This document shows positions 18,377-28,223 of a DNA stretch of 64,000 nt, piece after piece. Made by a program: the position numbers and the translations under genes. The stretch's first letter is position 1; each line of letters opens with the position of its first letter. Below the pieces are notes generated by a model. The model saw nothing but the letters and a program-made list of their open reading frames with translations. It searched no databases and was not told where the DNA came from. The DNA comes from Candidatus Magasanikiibacteriota bacterium (GTDB lineage: Bacteria > Patescibacteriota > Patescibacteriia > Magasanikbacterales > UBA922). The stretch is taken from NCBI GenBank assembly GCA_042218065.1, contig JBDGRL010000002.1:15539-79538 (forward strand), read 5' to 3'.

Positions 18377-19645
18377 ATGAATAGTGTTCAATTTATTAAA
18401 AGGGATCTACTTGAAGAACTGAAAGACCACTTATCTGAAAAAGAAATGTCTCTGATAGTCGGCCCCAGACAAGCAGGTAAGACTACCATAATGAGGAAAG
18501 TGCAGTCCCACCTGGAGAAAAACGGACAAAACACTCTGTTTTATGATTTGGATAAGCAGCCAGAGCTGTTTGAAACACAAGAAGAGTTTTTACAGAATCT
18601 CAAACTTGATGCGAACAAACAGAGAACATTCGTATTTTTAGATGAAATTCAACGCAAAAAAAACGCCGGTTTGTTTTTAAAAGGTATATATGACCGTGAT
18701 TTAGACTATAAGTTTATAGTTTCCGGCTCCGGCAGCTTGGAGCTTAAATCCGATGTGCATGAATCCATGGCGGGAAGAAAATTGGTGTTTGAATTGAGTA
18801 CAATATCCTTTCCGGAGTTTGTGAATTTTAAGACTGATTATCAATATGAAAGTCAGCTAGATCAATTTTTTCGCCTCAGAAAGGAAAAAGCTAGACTATT
18901 TTTGAAAGAGTATCTTAATTTTGGCGGTTATCCCCGTGTTGTTCAGAAACAAACAAGAGAACAAAAAAGAAGAATGATTGGTGAAATAGTGGATAGTTAT
19001 TTAAGAAAAGATATAACTGATTTGCTTGGTGTCAGAAAGACCGATAAATTCTCTAAACTGATAAAAATAGTTAGTGACCAAGTAGGTCAACCAATGAATT
19101 ACTCTAAATTAGCCCGTGATCTGCAAATAGACCAAAAAACGATTAAAAATTATATTTATTATGCTGAGGAGACTTTTGTAGTGGATAGAGTAAGACCTTT
19201 TTTTAGAAATAGAAAAAAAGAATTAACTAAAGCACCTGTTCCTTATTTTTTTGATATAGGTTTTAGAAATTATGAGCTAGGACAGTTTGGCAATTTAAGA
19301 ACAAGCAGCGAGTTTGGTATAGCTTTTGAAAACTTGGTGTACAATCAGCTTAAATCTAAGACCAGATTTTCTGCTTATGAAGTAAAATATTGGAGGACCA
19401 AGAACCAAACTGAGGTAGATTTTATTGTGACTTCAAGTCAAAGAAGAGCAGTTCCGATTGAGGTGAAATATAAAAACTTGAAAGAAACCAAAATACCCCG
19501 TTCTTTCAGGAGTTTTCTAAAAAAATATGAACCTGAAAAAGCTTATATCGTCAATCTAAGTCTTAATGAAACCAAGGAAATTGAGGATGTTGAAGTTGAG
19601 TTTATTTCTATCTTTAATTTTTTAGGCAAGTTGATAGTTAGCTAG
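18377..19645 (+). CDS. AAA+ ATPase with a C-terminal DUF4143 domain
   Basis: Walker A GPRQAGKTTIM, Walker B FVFLDEIQ, and a 422-aa two-domain architecture typical of the AAA_14/DUF4143 family. Confidence 0.75.
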   Translation: MNSVQFIKRDLLEELKDHLSEKEMSLIVGPRQAGKTTIMRKVQSHLEKNGQNTLFYDLDKQPELFETQEEFLQNLKLDANKQRTFVFLDEIQRKKNAGLFLKGIYDRDLDYKFIVSGSGSLELKSDVHESMAGRKLVFELSTISFPEFVNFKTDYQYESQLDQFFRLRKEKARLFLKEYLNFGGYPRVVQKQTREQKRRMIGEIVDSYLRKDITDLLGVRKTDKFSKLIKIVSDQVGQPMNYSKLARDLQIDQKTIKNYIYYAEETFVVDRVRPFFRNRKKELTKAPVPYFFDIGFRNYELGQFGNLRTSSEFGIAFENLVYNQLKSKTRFSAYEVKYWRTKNQTEVDFIVTSSQRRAVPIEVKYKNLKETKIPRSFRSFLKKYEPEKAYIVNLSLNETKEIEDVEVEFISIFNFLGKLIVS

Positions 19646-19696
19646 AAGAGGGTGTTTAATACTTAGTACAGTTTTGAGAGCATGCTTTAACTTATC

Positions 19697-19770
19697 CGCG
19701 GCAGTCAAGTGATAAAGCAGGGGGCTCCAAATTTTCGATTAATGTCGGTCGTACCTAAAGATTAAATCGC
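19697..19770 (+). repeat. Degenerate direct repeat of tRNA-Cys (D-loop to 3' end plus about 15 nt of 3' flank); putative distal att site of a decayed island
   Basis: GCAGTCAAGTGATAAAGCAGGGGGCTCCAAATTTTCGATTAATGTCGGTCGTACCTAAAGATTAAATCGC aligns at about 75% with the tRNA-Cys 17358-17434 region, including the flank AAGATTAAA(C/T)CGC. Confidence 0.6.
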
Positions 19771-19810
19771 ACAGAAAACTATGCGGTTTTTGTAGTAAAT
19801 TAAATATAGA

Positions 19811-20221
19811 TTAATTTTCTTTTTGTTCTGCTAATTCTCTAATAAGTTCAGCTTGCTCTTCGCTAAGAAGGTCTTCACTAGCAGTGCCTACTCCACCTGA
19901 CCCTTCCTTATCAAGTCCAAAAGCTTGATTTACTTTATCACCTCTTACAACTATGCTTATATGCTCTTCTCCATTTGTTAATTCTTCTGTTCTAATATCG
20001 AAATTATGGTCTCCAGCATCTGATACTTCTATTCCTTCTCTGTCTGAAACGTCACTACTTTCAAAAATAGCCTCAGCAATACCAGCTTCTTTTATTTTTT
20101 GGTCAATCTCTGGGGCAGACGACTCACCTTCTTGTCCAGATTCTTTATTACACTTTGGACAAGTTTTCCCTTTAGGGGTGCCGTGACTACATGTGGGAGT
20201 GTACCCTTCACCTATAGCCAT
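19811..20221 (-). CDS. Hypothetical acidic protein with an N-terminal Cys/His cluster (zinc-ribbon-like)
   Basis: N-terminus TPTCSHGTPKGKTCPKCN; the rest is acidic and low-complexity. Confidence 0.35.
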   Translation of the reverse strand: MAIGEGYTPTCSHGTPKGKTCPKCNKESGQEGESSAPEIDQKIKEAGIAEAIFESSDVSDREGIEVSDAGDHNFDIRTEELTNGEEHISIVVRGDKVNQAFGLDKEGSGGVGTASEDLLSEEQAELIRELAEQKEN

Positions 20222-20372
20222 AAAATTTTATTAAGAATAAACAACAACTTAATTATATATATATCGATAACTGGTCAAATTAGCTTAGTTGCAAAAAAGC
20301 AAGTTTTAAATTAAAAAGTTTATTCAAAATCCGATTAATGCTATAATCCAACTAAATTTAAAATTGTTATAA

Positions 20373-23069
20373 ATGGACAAAAAAAACTACAAAAACAGAC
20401 TCGTACTCATAGACGGCCATGCCATAGTCCACCGTGCCTATTATGCTCTGCCTCCTATGACTACCAAAGACGGCACTATGGTCAACGCGGTCTATGGTTT
20501 TACCACTATGCTGCTTAAAGTTCTGGAAGATTTGGAGCCGACACACATGGCGCTGGGAGTGGATGTAAAAGGAAAAACTTTTCGTGATGAGATGTATGAA
20601 CAGTATAAGGAACATAGAGAGGAAAAAGACCAGGAGCTGTACGATCAGATACCTATGACTCACAAGATTGCTGAAGCTTTTGATATCCCGGTATATAAAA
20701 AGCAAGGTTTTGAGGCTGATGATATTTTGGGAACTGTAGCCAAACACATCGATGAGCTGGACGGAGAAGATACGGAGGTGATAATAGTTACAGGTGATAA
20801 AGATATGCTACAGTTAGTTGATGAGCGCACCCGTATTGCTTTGATAAAAAAAGGCATAACTAACTTAAAAGTATATGATAGAGATGAGGTAGTTGCGGAA
20901 TATGGGTTTGCTCCTGAAAAGATGATTGATTATAAGGCTCTGAAAGGCGATTCATCAGACAACATACCCGGCATCAGCGGTATCGGAGATAAGCGAGCCA
21001 AGGATTTGATCGATACTATTGGAGGAGTAGATGAGGTGTTGGATCAGATTGATAAGCAAGATAGTAAGCTTTATAAGGAGTTTACTGAAAATATAATCTC
21101 TAAGATAAAAGACGGAACAGAAGATGCACAGATAAGCAAAAAGTTAGCCACAATACGCACTGACGTAGAAGAAACTAATTTTGACTTAGATAAGTGTAAG
21201 CTGGATGAGTTTGACCAACAAAAGATCAGAGATACATTTAAAAAGTTTGAGTTCTTTTCTCTACTAAAGCGTATTCCCGGCGCTGAAAACTTTGATACAT
21301 CCAAAAAGAAGGATGATTTTCTGAAAAACTTGAAAGATATTACAAGAATTACTACTTCAAGTGATTTAAAGCAATTGAAAAAAAAGATAGATAAAAACGG
21401 AAGTTTTGCTTGTAAAGAAGTGTTAAACTCGGAGTCAGTTATAAACTCCAGGGTTGAAGGTTTTGTATGTTTAGTAGATAATCAGCCCTTTTATATAGAT
21501 ATTAATGAGATAAACAGTAAAGAAAAGGTTTTGGATTTATTTGGCAAGGATATAGAGGTAGTAGGACACGATTTGAAGAGATTAGCCAAAACTGTACTAG
21601 ACCAAGGCAAGCCCTTTAGTTCAAAGCTGTTTGATATCAAGGTCGCATCTTATTTGATAAACTCCTCAGCCGACAGCCACAGCTTGGAGGAGATTATCCT
21701 CCGAGAGCTGGAGATAGAAGCTGAAGAGGAAGACAACCAGGATACTCTATTCGGAGAAGACCCGAAGCTGATAGCAGAGAACCTATACTTTTCTCTTAAA
21801 ATAAAAGAAGAATTCAGCGAAAAGCTGGATGAGGTGGATACTGAAAATTTATTCGAGGAGGTGGAGATGAAGTTGATACCTATCTTAGCGAAGATGGAAC
21901 TAAACGGAATTGCTATAGACCGAGACAAGTTTGACGATCTGTCCCAGCAAGTAAAAGAAAAAATAAAACAACTCGAAGAAAAGATTCATGAGCATGCGGG
22001 AGAAAAATTCAATGTAAACTCTACCAAGCAGTTGCGTGAGGTTTTATATGACAAACTTGAGCTTCCGACTGAAAATATAAAAGAAGGCAAGACAGGCTAT
22101 TCCACGGCAGCAAGTGAGCTGGAGAAACTTCGGGGAGAGCATCCGATTGTTGAGCTGATAGAAGAACATCGTGAGCTAGAGAAACTTCGCAATACATATA
22201 TAGATGTACTTCCTACATTAGTAAATGAGAAGACAGGTCGGATTCATACCAGCTTTAACCAAACCGTCACCGCCACCGGCAGACTTTCCAGCTCGGATCC
22301 GAATCTGCAAAATATACCGATACGCTCCGATTTGGGCAAAGAAATACGAAAGGCTTTTGTAGCAGAGAAAGGAGGCAAGCTTTTAGCTGCAGATTATTCT
22401 CAGATTGAGCTGAGGATAGTGGCACATCTGTCGGGAGATGAGAAGTTGATAGATATTTTCTCTAAGAATCAGGATGTACATACCGCTACAGCCGCTGAGA
22501 TTCATGAAGTTGAGCCCGACGAAGTTACGGCTGATATGCGCTCAAAGGCTAAAGAGGTTAATTATGGAGTATTATACGGCATGGGGCCACACGGTATGGC
22601 ACAACGGACGGATATAGACCGAGCGGAAGCCAAAAAGTTTATAGAGCGCTACTTTGAGAAGTTCAGCGGCGTGGAGAGATTTGTAGATAAATCTATCGAA
22701 TATGCTAAGGAGAAGGGTTATGCTGAGACCATGTTTGGACGTAGACGTTATCTACCAGAGCTTGAGTCTGATAACTACCACCTTAGACGTTCAGGCGAGA
22801 GGATGGCGATAAATATGCCGGTGCAGGGCACTCAAGCCGACCTAATCAAGATGGCGATGATTGAGATTGATCAACATATTGAGGATAAATTTAAAGGTGA
22901 TCTTAAAATGTTGCTTCAGGTACACGATGAGCTTGTTTTTGAAATAAATAAAGACGAGATAGACTTGGCCAAAAACATGATAGTAGAACAGATGGAAGAT
23001 ATAATTGATCTGGTTGTTCCGGTGGAGGTTGATGTGGCTGTAGGTGATAGGTGGGGTGAGTTGAAGTAA
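20373..23069 (+). CDS. polA: DNA polymerase I
   Basis: An N-terminal 5'-3' exonuclease domain (LVLIDGHAIVHRAYYALPP), then polymerase motif A DYSQIELR and motif B RSKAKEVNYGVLYG, then motif C VHDELVFE. Length 898 aa. Confidence 0.95.
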   Translation: MDKKNYKNRLVLIDGHAIVHRAYYALPPMTTKDGTMVNAVYGFTTMLLKVLEDLEPTHMALGVDVKGKTFRDEMYEQYKEHREEKDQELYDQIPMTHKIAEAFDIPVYKKQGFEADDILGTVAKHIDELDGEDTEVIIVTGDKDMLQLVDERTRIALIKKGITNLKVYDRDEVVAEYGFAPEKMIDYKALKGDSSDNIPGISGIGDKRAKDLIDTIGGVDEVLDQIDKQDSKLYKEFTENIISKIKDGTEDAQISKKLATIRTDVEETNFDLDKCKLDEFDQQKIRDTFKKFEFFSLLKRIPGAENFDTSKKKDDFLKNLKDITRITTSSDLKQLKKKIDKNGSFACKEVLNSESVINSRVEGFVCLVDNQPFYIDINEINSKEKVLDLFGKDIEVVGHDLKRLAKTVLDQGKPFSSKLFDIKVASYLINSSADSHSLEEIILRELEIEAEEEDNQDTLFGEDPKLIAENLYFSLKIKEEFSEKLDEVDTENLFEEVEMKLIPILAKMELNGIAIDRDKFDDLSQQVKEKIKQLEEKIHEHAGEKFNVNSTKQLREVLYDKLELPTENIKEGKTGYSTAASELEKLRGEHPIVELIEEHRELEKLRNTYIDVLPTLVNEKTGRIHTSFNQTVTATGRLSSSDPNLQNIPIRSDLGKEIRKAFVAEKGGKLLAADYSQIELRIVAHLSGDEKLIDIFSKNQDVHTATAAEIHEVEPDEVTADMRSKAKEVNYGVLYGMGPHGMAQRTDIDRAEAKKFIERYFEKFSGVERFVDKSIEYAKEKGYAETMFGRRRYLPELESDNYHLRRSGERMAINMPVQGTQADLIKMAMIEIDQHIEDKFKGDLKMLLQVHDELVFEINKDEIDLAKNMIVEQMEDIIDLVVPVEVDVAVGDRWGELK

Positions 23070-23112
23070 AATTAGCAACGCTGCTGTAAATAAATAGGAA
23101 ACACCAAAACAA

Positions 23113-23135
23113 AAACCGCCCTCTCGGGCGGTTTT
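23113..23135. terminator. Rho-independent terminator between the convergent polA and doxX genes
   Basis: AACCGCCC-TCTC-GGGCGGTT followed by TTT. Confidence 0.6.
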
Positions 23136-23158
23136 CAGGCTTCGTATTTAGAAAGATT

Positions 23159-23587
23159 TTATTCTTCTTTCATTTTGCAAATTCCACACCAGCTAAAACA
23201 TTCTTTTTTAATTAGCTGCCAGCTTCCTCCACCTAGTGCAGCTAGAGCTATATTAGCTCCTAGCAGTGCAATATCTAGACGTGCCGCTTTAAAACCGGAC
23301 TTTGCCTTCACTGTCAGGATAGCTACTAGCATAATTATAGCTAGTAGTTTTGCAAAGCATCTTAGGTAAACACCTAGAATTAAGGCAATACCACCCAAAA
23401 ACTCTACAATAGCTACTAGGTAAGCCCAGAAAGTTGGTCCGGGTAGGCCGATGCTGCCCATCATACCTACGATAGGGTCGATACCTGTTAATTTAGCCCA
23501 TCCTGTGGCTATAAAAATAGCACCTACTGCAAGCCGCAGCGCCAAAAAGCCTATATTTCTCAGCTTTTCTTCTTTGATTTTACCCAT
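23159..23587 (-). CDS. DoxX family membrane protein
   Basis: A four-TM protein with the DoxX-type N-terminus (LALRLAVGAIFIATGWAKL). Confidence 0.75.
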   Translation of the reverse strand: MGKIKEEKLRNIGFLALRLAVGAIFIATGWAKLTGIDPIVGMMGSIGLPGPTFWAYLVAIVEFLGGIALILGVYLRCFAKLLAIIMLVAILTVKAKSGFKAARLDIALLGANIALAALGGGSWQLIKKECFSWCGICKMKEE

Positions 23588-23630
23588 AAGTATATGGGTT
23601 AAGAATTAACTAGTTTAATTATAGCAAAAT

Positions 23631-24878
23631 TTAATCGTTTTTAAAAACTTTTGGTGAAATATTAGTCAAGTTTCTAAAGCCAAAAGTTCTCAGAGTCCAA
23701 TCTATCACTATTCTTATTTTTCTCACTACTCCCGGCATAAATAGTACATAAGCAGTTCTTCGCAGCCACCAGGCAAGCTTTCCAAACAATTTTAAATCAT
23801 TTAGCCAGGGAAAAACGGCTACTCCGTACCACTCCCCTACCGGCATAAGTCTTCCCTTGGATTTAAATGTAAATTGTTCTATATCGTTGTCTGTAATCTC
23901 GGATGTGATCTGCCTTGCGATGTATTCTCCTTCTTTGTGAGACGCTTCTCCCAGCTGAGGATAAACTTCTTTAGTTTTCGGGTCTTTTATCAGGGCTATA
24001 TCCCCGATCGGATACAGCGACTTGAATTCCAGGTGTTGTAGGTGCTCATTTGTTGGAACCCTGTCTTCTTTTAGGTATTTTTTCGGTAAGTATTTGCTGG
24101 CTTGAGTAGTAAAGCCTGTAGACCAGATAGTAATATCATTCGGCACCTGTTCGTTATTTGATAACTTTACCTGATTGTCGGTTACTTTATTTGCAGAAAC
24201 TTTAGTGTGTATTTCAACCCCTAGATCATTTAACCTTGCTTTAACTTTATTTTGCACTTTTTCACTCATATTACACATAATAGTATCCTGCACTTCAAAT
24301 ATTTGCACCTTCATATTAGTTTCTGGGTACAGTTTTTTGAAGTCATCCTGTTTTAGCTGCGCGATTTCTGCAGCTATCTCCACACCGATATATCCACCTC
24401 CGACAATATTAATATGTAGTTTATCTTGTTGCTGTTCTAGCTTGTTAATGAGTATGCTTTTTAGCTCAAGTGCCTCTTCTAGAGATCTTACATGATGAGT
24501 ATTTTCCTTGGCGCCCTCTACTCCGCAAAAATTAGTAACACTACCTAAAGCCAAAACACAGCGATCATACCTAATAGTACCTATATTTGTCTCTACTTCC
24601 TTTTCTTTAGGGAAGATAGTGCTTACTCTGGCTTGTCTGAACTTATGTCTCGACTTGTAAGTAAGCTCTCTAAGCTGAAGAGTAGCATGGGGCGGGTCAA
24701 CTGCTCCGGTAGCGACCTCATGCAACAATGGAACAAAGGTAAAGTAGTTGTTTTTATCAATCAGAGTTATCTCTTTATTTATGTTTTGCTTTTTAAATTT
24801 CTTCTTGAGACTGCGAAAAGCTTCAAGACCGGCAATACCTCCTCCTAGAATAGCCACGTCTGTTTGAATATCGCTCAT
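23631..24878 (-). CDS. ndh: Type II NADH:quinone oxidoreductase (NDH-2)
   Basis: An N-terminal FAD Rossmann fold VAILGGGIAGLEA, then LIDKNNYFTFVPLLHEVATG, a second NAD-binding GxGxxG (IVGGGYIGVE), and a C-terminal membrane-anchoring region. Confidence 0.85.
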   Translation of the reverse strand: MSDIQTDVAILGGGIAGLEAFRSLKKKFKKQNINKEITLIDKNNYFTFVPLLHEVATGAVDPPHATLQLRELTYKSRHKFRQARVSTIFPKEKEVETNIGTIRYDRCVLALGSVTNFCGVEGAKENTHHVRSLEEALELKSILINKLEQQQDKLHINIVGGGYIGVEIAAEIAQLKQDDFKKLYPETNMKVQIFEVQDTIMCNMSEKVQNKVKARLNDLGVEIHTKVSANKVTDNQVKLSNNEQVPNDITIWSTGFTTQASKYLPKKYLKEDRVPTNEHLQHLEFKSLYPIGDIALIKDPKTKEVYPQLGEASHKEGEYIARQITSEITDNDIEQFTFKSKGRLMPVGEWYGVAVFPWLNDLKLFGKLAWWLRRTAYVLFMPGVVRKIRIVIDWTLRTFGFRNLTNISPKVFKND

Positions 24879-24964
24879 ATTATCAAATGTAAATTAGACT
24901 AGGATAACTATAGCATTTTTAGGGTTTTTTTAAAATGAACGTACACCTATTATTCAGATCTTGT

Positions 24965-25186
24965 TTAGGGCTTCTGTAGTTTGGCAATAAAGGAGGTAAG
25001 CTTTCCGTCTTGTGTTAACTGCAAAGATTTTTCCATATTAAAGTTTTGTTTTATTTTAGGTTTGAATTTCTCTGGCAGTTTTTCTTGAATTTCTGTTTTA
25101 TTTCTTTTGATTTTATTTAATACTTTTTTGTAAGTTTTAGATAAATGTGTGTTTAGATCTTCAAAATTTTCTAATCTGTTTAACAC
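24965..25186 (-). CDS. Hypothetical small basic protein
   Basis: Complete ORF of 73 aa; no motif recognised. Confidence 0.3.
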   Translation of the reverse strand: MLNRLENFEDLNTHLSKTYKKVLNKIKRNKTEIQEKLPEKFKPKIKQNFNMEKSLQLTQDGKLTSFIAKLQKP

Positions 25187-25481
25187 TATCGATGAAGATG
25201 TTGGGTTTTTTAATTAAATTGACGTCATTCTCAGACAGCCATTTGTTTATCTTCCTTTCTATGTCTTCTCAGACGGAAGGGTAGTCCAGACACCCTTTGA
25301 ACATTTTGACTTTCATTTTTTCCTCCTGTTTTACTACACCTTACCACATAACACCCGAACGGTTTAACAGACGGCATTACGTCTGAAATTATGTGGGTTT
25401 GTTAGAGAACGATAATTATTACAAATATTTTTTGTAACAAGTATCGTTTTCTAACTTGAAAATCGGAGTGCGGCGTCAAGT

Positions 25482-25575
25482 GAGTGCAGTACTTGACGCC
25501 GCATGTACTTTGGTCTCTACTTGAAGCACAGCTTCAAGTAGAGACACCGGACTTACGTGTCCAGCGGTTTTTGAG
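25482..25575. other. Tandem perfect GC-rich hairpins immediately 3' of the GC-rich gene (putative terminators or structured element)
   Basis: GCGGCGTCAAGT-gagtgcagt-ACTTGACGCCGC is a 12-bp perfect stem. It is followed by GGTCTCTACTTGAAG-cacag-CTTCAAGTAGAGAC and then CCGGAC-ttacgt-GTCCAG. Confidence 0.5.
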
Positions 25576-25577
25576 AG

Positions 25578-26747
25578 TTAACTCTCTTGTTTTGGCGCGG
25601 ATTCGACAGCATCTTCGGCTCTGTTCTGCCAATCACCGGCATGAACCACGCGCTCAACGGCAAGTTCTTTCGCTTTCGTGGCTGTAAACTCACCATTGGC
25701 GAAGTCACGCGCCAACTCTTCCTTGTCGAACACGAACATGGCGTGTCCGTAGTTCGGAGAGTCGACCACGTAGACAGGTTCGCCGTCTTTTTTGCCGATG
25801 AAGAGCAGACGTTCGCCGAGACTGACCTCGACGTCGTGACATTTATCGAAGATGTCACCGTCGAAACATTCGCCCTTGACCTTCTCGATCCGTTCTTTGT
25901 TTCGATTTCGTTTCCTTTGCTTTTTTACTTGCTCTCGGACAAGTTCGTTGGAGTTGATCTCATCGAGAAACTTGCCCTCAATCGCTTCCAGAAACAGCCC
26001 CCAGTTTTCCTCTTTGATTGGTTGGGCGAAACGGATGTCCTGATGCTTTTTCTGCCACTCGTGTCCATGAGGGCGTTCAGGCGGGATTTCTATCTCACGG
26101 TTCGTCATTTTTGAACCAAACCAACGAAAGGGTTGCTCGAATTTTCTAGCGAGCACATCCCCCTCCGAAAGATTGCGAGCCTGCTCGAAAGTAATGGTTT
26201 CGTCCAGGATCGTAGTGGCACTACAATAAGGCTCCAAAATCTCCGTTCTTAAAAGCAGGTCTCCAATAATCTCTTTATCCAGATCAGCCAACTCCATGAT
26301 TTTATCAAGTCTTCCATATCTATAGAATCCATCTAAGAGGGATGAGCTTTCGTCTTTCTCTTTCCAACTATTTACCGACCCATCCCAGCACATAACAGGT
26401 ACTTTTTTGGATCTAAAAGTAAAATGGCTTCCATCTTCAGTTTGGATGTAAACTACCTCTACTGTCGTAGGAAATGAAATATTAGGGTCTCTAGGCATGA
26501 ATCCCCGTGGATTACACTCATCACTTGGACGATCATAAAACACTGTTCTCGGCTGATCCGAATCGGAAAAGTATACTTGTTTAAGGTATTGCTGCAACTT
26601 TCGATGGGTCTCCTCCTTTACATCTACTTCTGGTACAGGCATCATCGAAGGATCGATCCCCTTTTTTGTAAAAATTTTCTCAGTATAGATTCTTTTTGAT
26701 TTAACTGTAAGAGTTTCCAAAAATCTCTTTTTGTTGTCGTTGCTCAT
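25578..26747 (-). CDS. Hypothetical protein encoded by a compositionally anomalous (GC-rich 3' half) gene
   Basis: 389-aa complete ORF. The 3' two-thirds of the gene (about 25580-26250) is visibly about 50% GC against a local background near 30%. Overlapping ORFs on both strands are typical of high-GC DNA. No family was recognised. Confidence 0.45.
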   Translation of the reverse strand: MSNDNKKRFLETLTVKSKRIYTEKIFTKKGIDPSMMPVPEVDVKEETHRKLQQYLKQVYFSDSDQPRTVFYDRPSDECNPRGFMPRDPNISFPTTVEVVYIQTEDGSHFTFRSKKVPVMCWDGSVNSWKEKDESSSLLDGFYRYGRLDKIMELADLDKEIIGDLLLRTEILEPYCSATTILDETITFEQARNLSEGDVLARKFEQPFRWFGSKMTNREIEIPPERPHGHEWQKKHQDIRFAQPIKEENWGLFLEAIEGKFLDEINSNELVREQVKKQRKRNRNKERIEKVKGECFDGDIFDKCHDVEVSLGERLLFIGKKDGEPVYVVDSPNYGHAMFVFDKEELARDFANGEFTATKAKELAVERVVHAGDWQNRAEDAVESAPKQES

Positions 26748-27019
26748 CTTCCTCTCCTCGTTTGAGAAGAATTCAAAACCGCGGGTTCAGCTGTCTGAAC
26801 CGCTTCCAGAGCGGAATAGCATACTTGAGAAAAGTACACTACTCCGCTCTGGATTTTTAAAGAACAATATCATCAATATTGACATCGATGACATTACATT
26901 TAAACATAATTATTAAAGTTTGTCAAGCCTGTCATTGATTTTTTGATGACAATTTGTAATAATATATTTGACTTAAAGTAGGTGTTGGAAGGCTAATTTA
27001 TCATAATTTAATTGACAAA

Positions 27020-28180
27020 ATGAAAACTTTAAGAAAAAATCTTCAAAAACTCGGCTTTTCAAAAAATAAGATCGACGTTTATCTTGCTTTGTATGAAGAA
27101 GGTGAAGCAAAAGCTAGAAAGATTATTGATAAAACGGATTTACATAGGAATATTGTCTATACTGAGCTAAATGAGTTGATTGATAAAAATTTAGTTGCAA
27201 AAAAGGAGGAAAGCGGAGTTGCGGTGTTCCAGGTGCTTGCCCCACAAAGACTAATGCAAGAGATAAAAAGGAAAGAAGAGATAGCAAAAAACACTATAGA
27301 AGAGTTGCAGACTATCAATGAACCACAAAAACAGGAAATTGTTATACGAGAAGGCAAGGAAGAGCTTCGGGACATTTTGTATGAAATGCATGAAAATAGA
27401 GATGAAAATGAGGAGTGGAAAATATTAGGAGCCTCAGAAAAATGGTTTGAAAAAAATATTTTATCTCAAGATGATTACAATGAGCTGATCAAAAAACAAG
27501 AAAAAAAAGGTTTTAGAAAAAAAATAATTAGTTCCAGTTCAATTAAAGATTTTCCCGAGAGAAGTAATACTGAGTTTAAATTAGTACCCAGCTTAACTAC
27601 TGAAGATAATGAAGTACATGTTTTTGGAGATAAGGTAATTCATACTGTTTTGGTTGAACCTTATACGGTAATTGAGTTTTCAAACAAAAAATTAGTTAAT
27701 TCCTATGATAGTTTCTTCAACAGTCTTTGGAGCCAAGAAGTCATAACTTACAGAGGCTGGGATGAAATTAAAAATATGTATATGGATGTAGTTTTACCTT
27801 CATTGGAGTCAGGGGATGATAGTTATTTGTTCACGACTTACCCCCAACAAGAAAAGGAAGCTGAGATAGGAAGTAGAGTTTGGGATGAGTTTAATGAAAA
27901 ATGGAAAGAAAAAGGTTTAAATAAGAAATTTATCTTTTTTTCAGAAGAAGAGGCAGAAATAACAAAAGAGAGACACCGGGAAACCGGGATAAGAAAAAAA
28001 TGTGAGTATAAAACTCTACCTAAGGAATATTTTTCTGTCTTATCCATAGTAATTTACGGTGATAAATATGTGGCGCTAACTGATCTTTCCGAACCTGTTG
28101 CTACTTTGTATTCGAATGAAAATATAATCGAAAGTTATAAAAGTCATTTTAAGATGTTGTGGAATATTGCAGAAAAGTAA
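27020..28180 (+). CDS. TrmB-family (winged-helix) transcriptional regulator with a large C-terminal domain
   Basis: The N-terminus LQKLGFSKNKIDVYLALYEEGEAKARKIIDKTDLHRNIVYTELNELIDKNLV matches the TrmB N-terminal HTH pattern. Confidence 0.55.
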   Translation: MKTLRKNLQKLGFSKNKIDVYLALYEEGEAKARKIIDKTDLHRNIVYTELNELIDKNLVAKKEESGVAVFQVLAPQRLMQEIKRKEEIAKNTIEELQTINEPQKQEIVIREGKEELRDILYEMHENRDENEEWKILGASEKWFEKNILSQDDYNELIKKQEKKGFRKKIISSSSIKDFPERSNTEFKLVPSLTTEDNEVHVFGDKVIHTVLVEPYTVIEFSNKKLVNSYDSFFNSLWSQEVITYRGWDEIKNMYMDVVLPSLESGDDSYLFTTYPQQEKEAEIGSRVWDEFNEKWKEKGLNKKFIFFSEEEAEITKERHRETGIRKKCEYKTLPKEYFSVLSIVIYGDKYVALTDLSEPVATLYSNENIIESYKSHFKMLWNIAEK

Positions 28181-28223
28181 AATAAGTTTTATCATACATA
28201 AAAATAATACTTCTTTTTACTTT

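Noticed and set aside
25553-26114. ORFs 25553-25858 (minus), 25587-26114 (plus) and 25852-26043 (plus)
   Set aside because: All are embedded in the GC-rich 389-aa gene, in other frames or on the other strand. Elevated GC reduces stop-codon frequency, so these are not independent genes.
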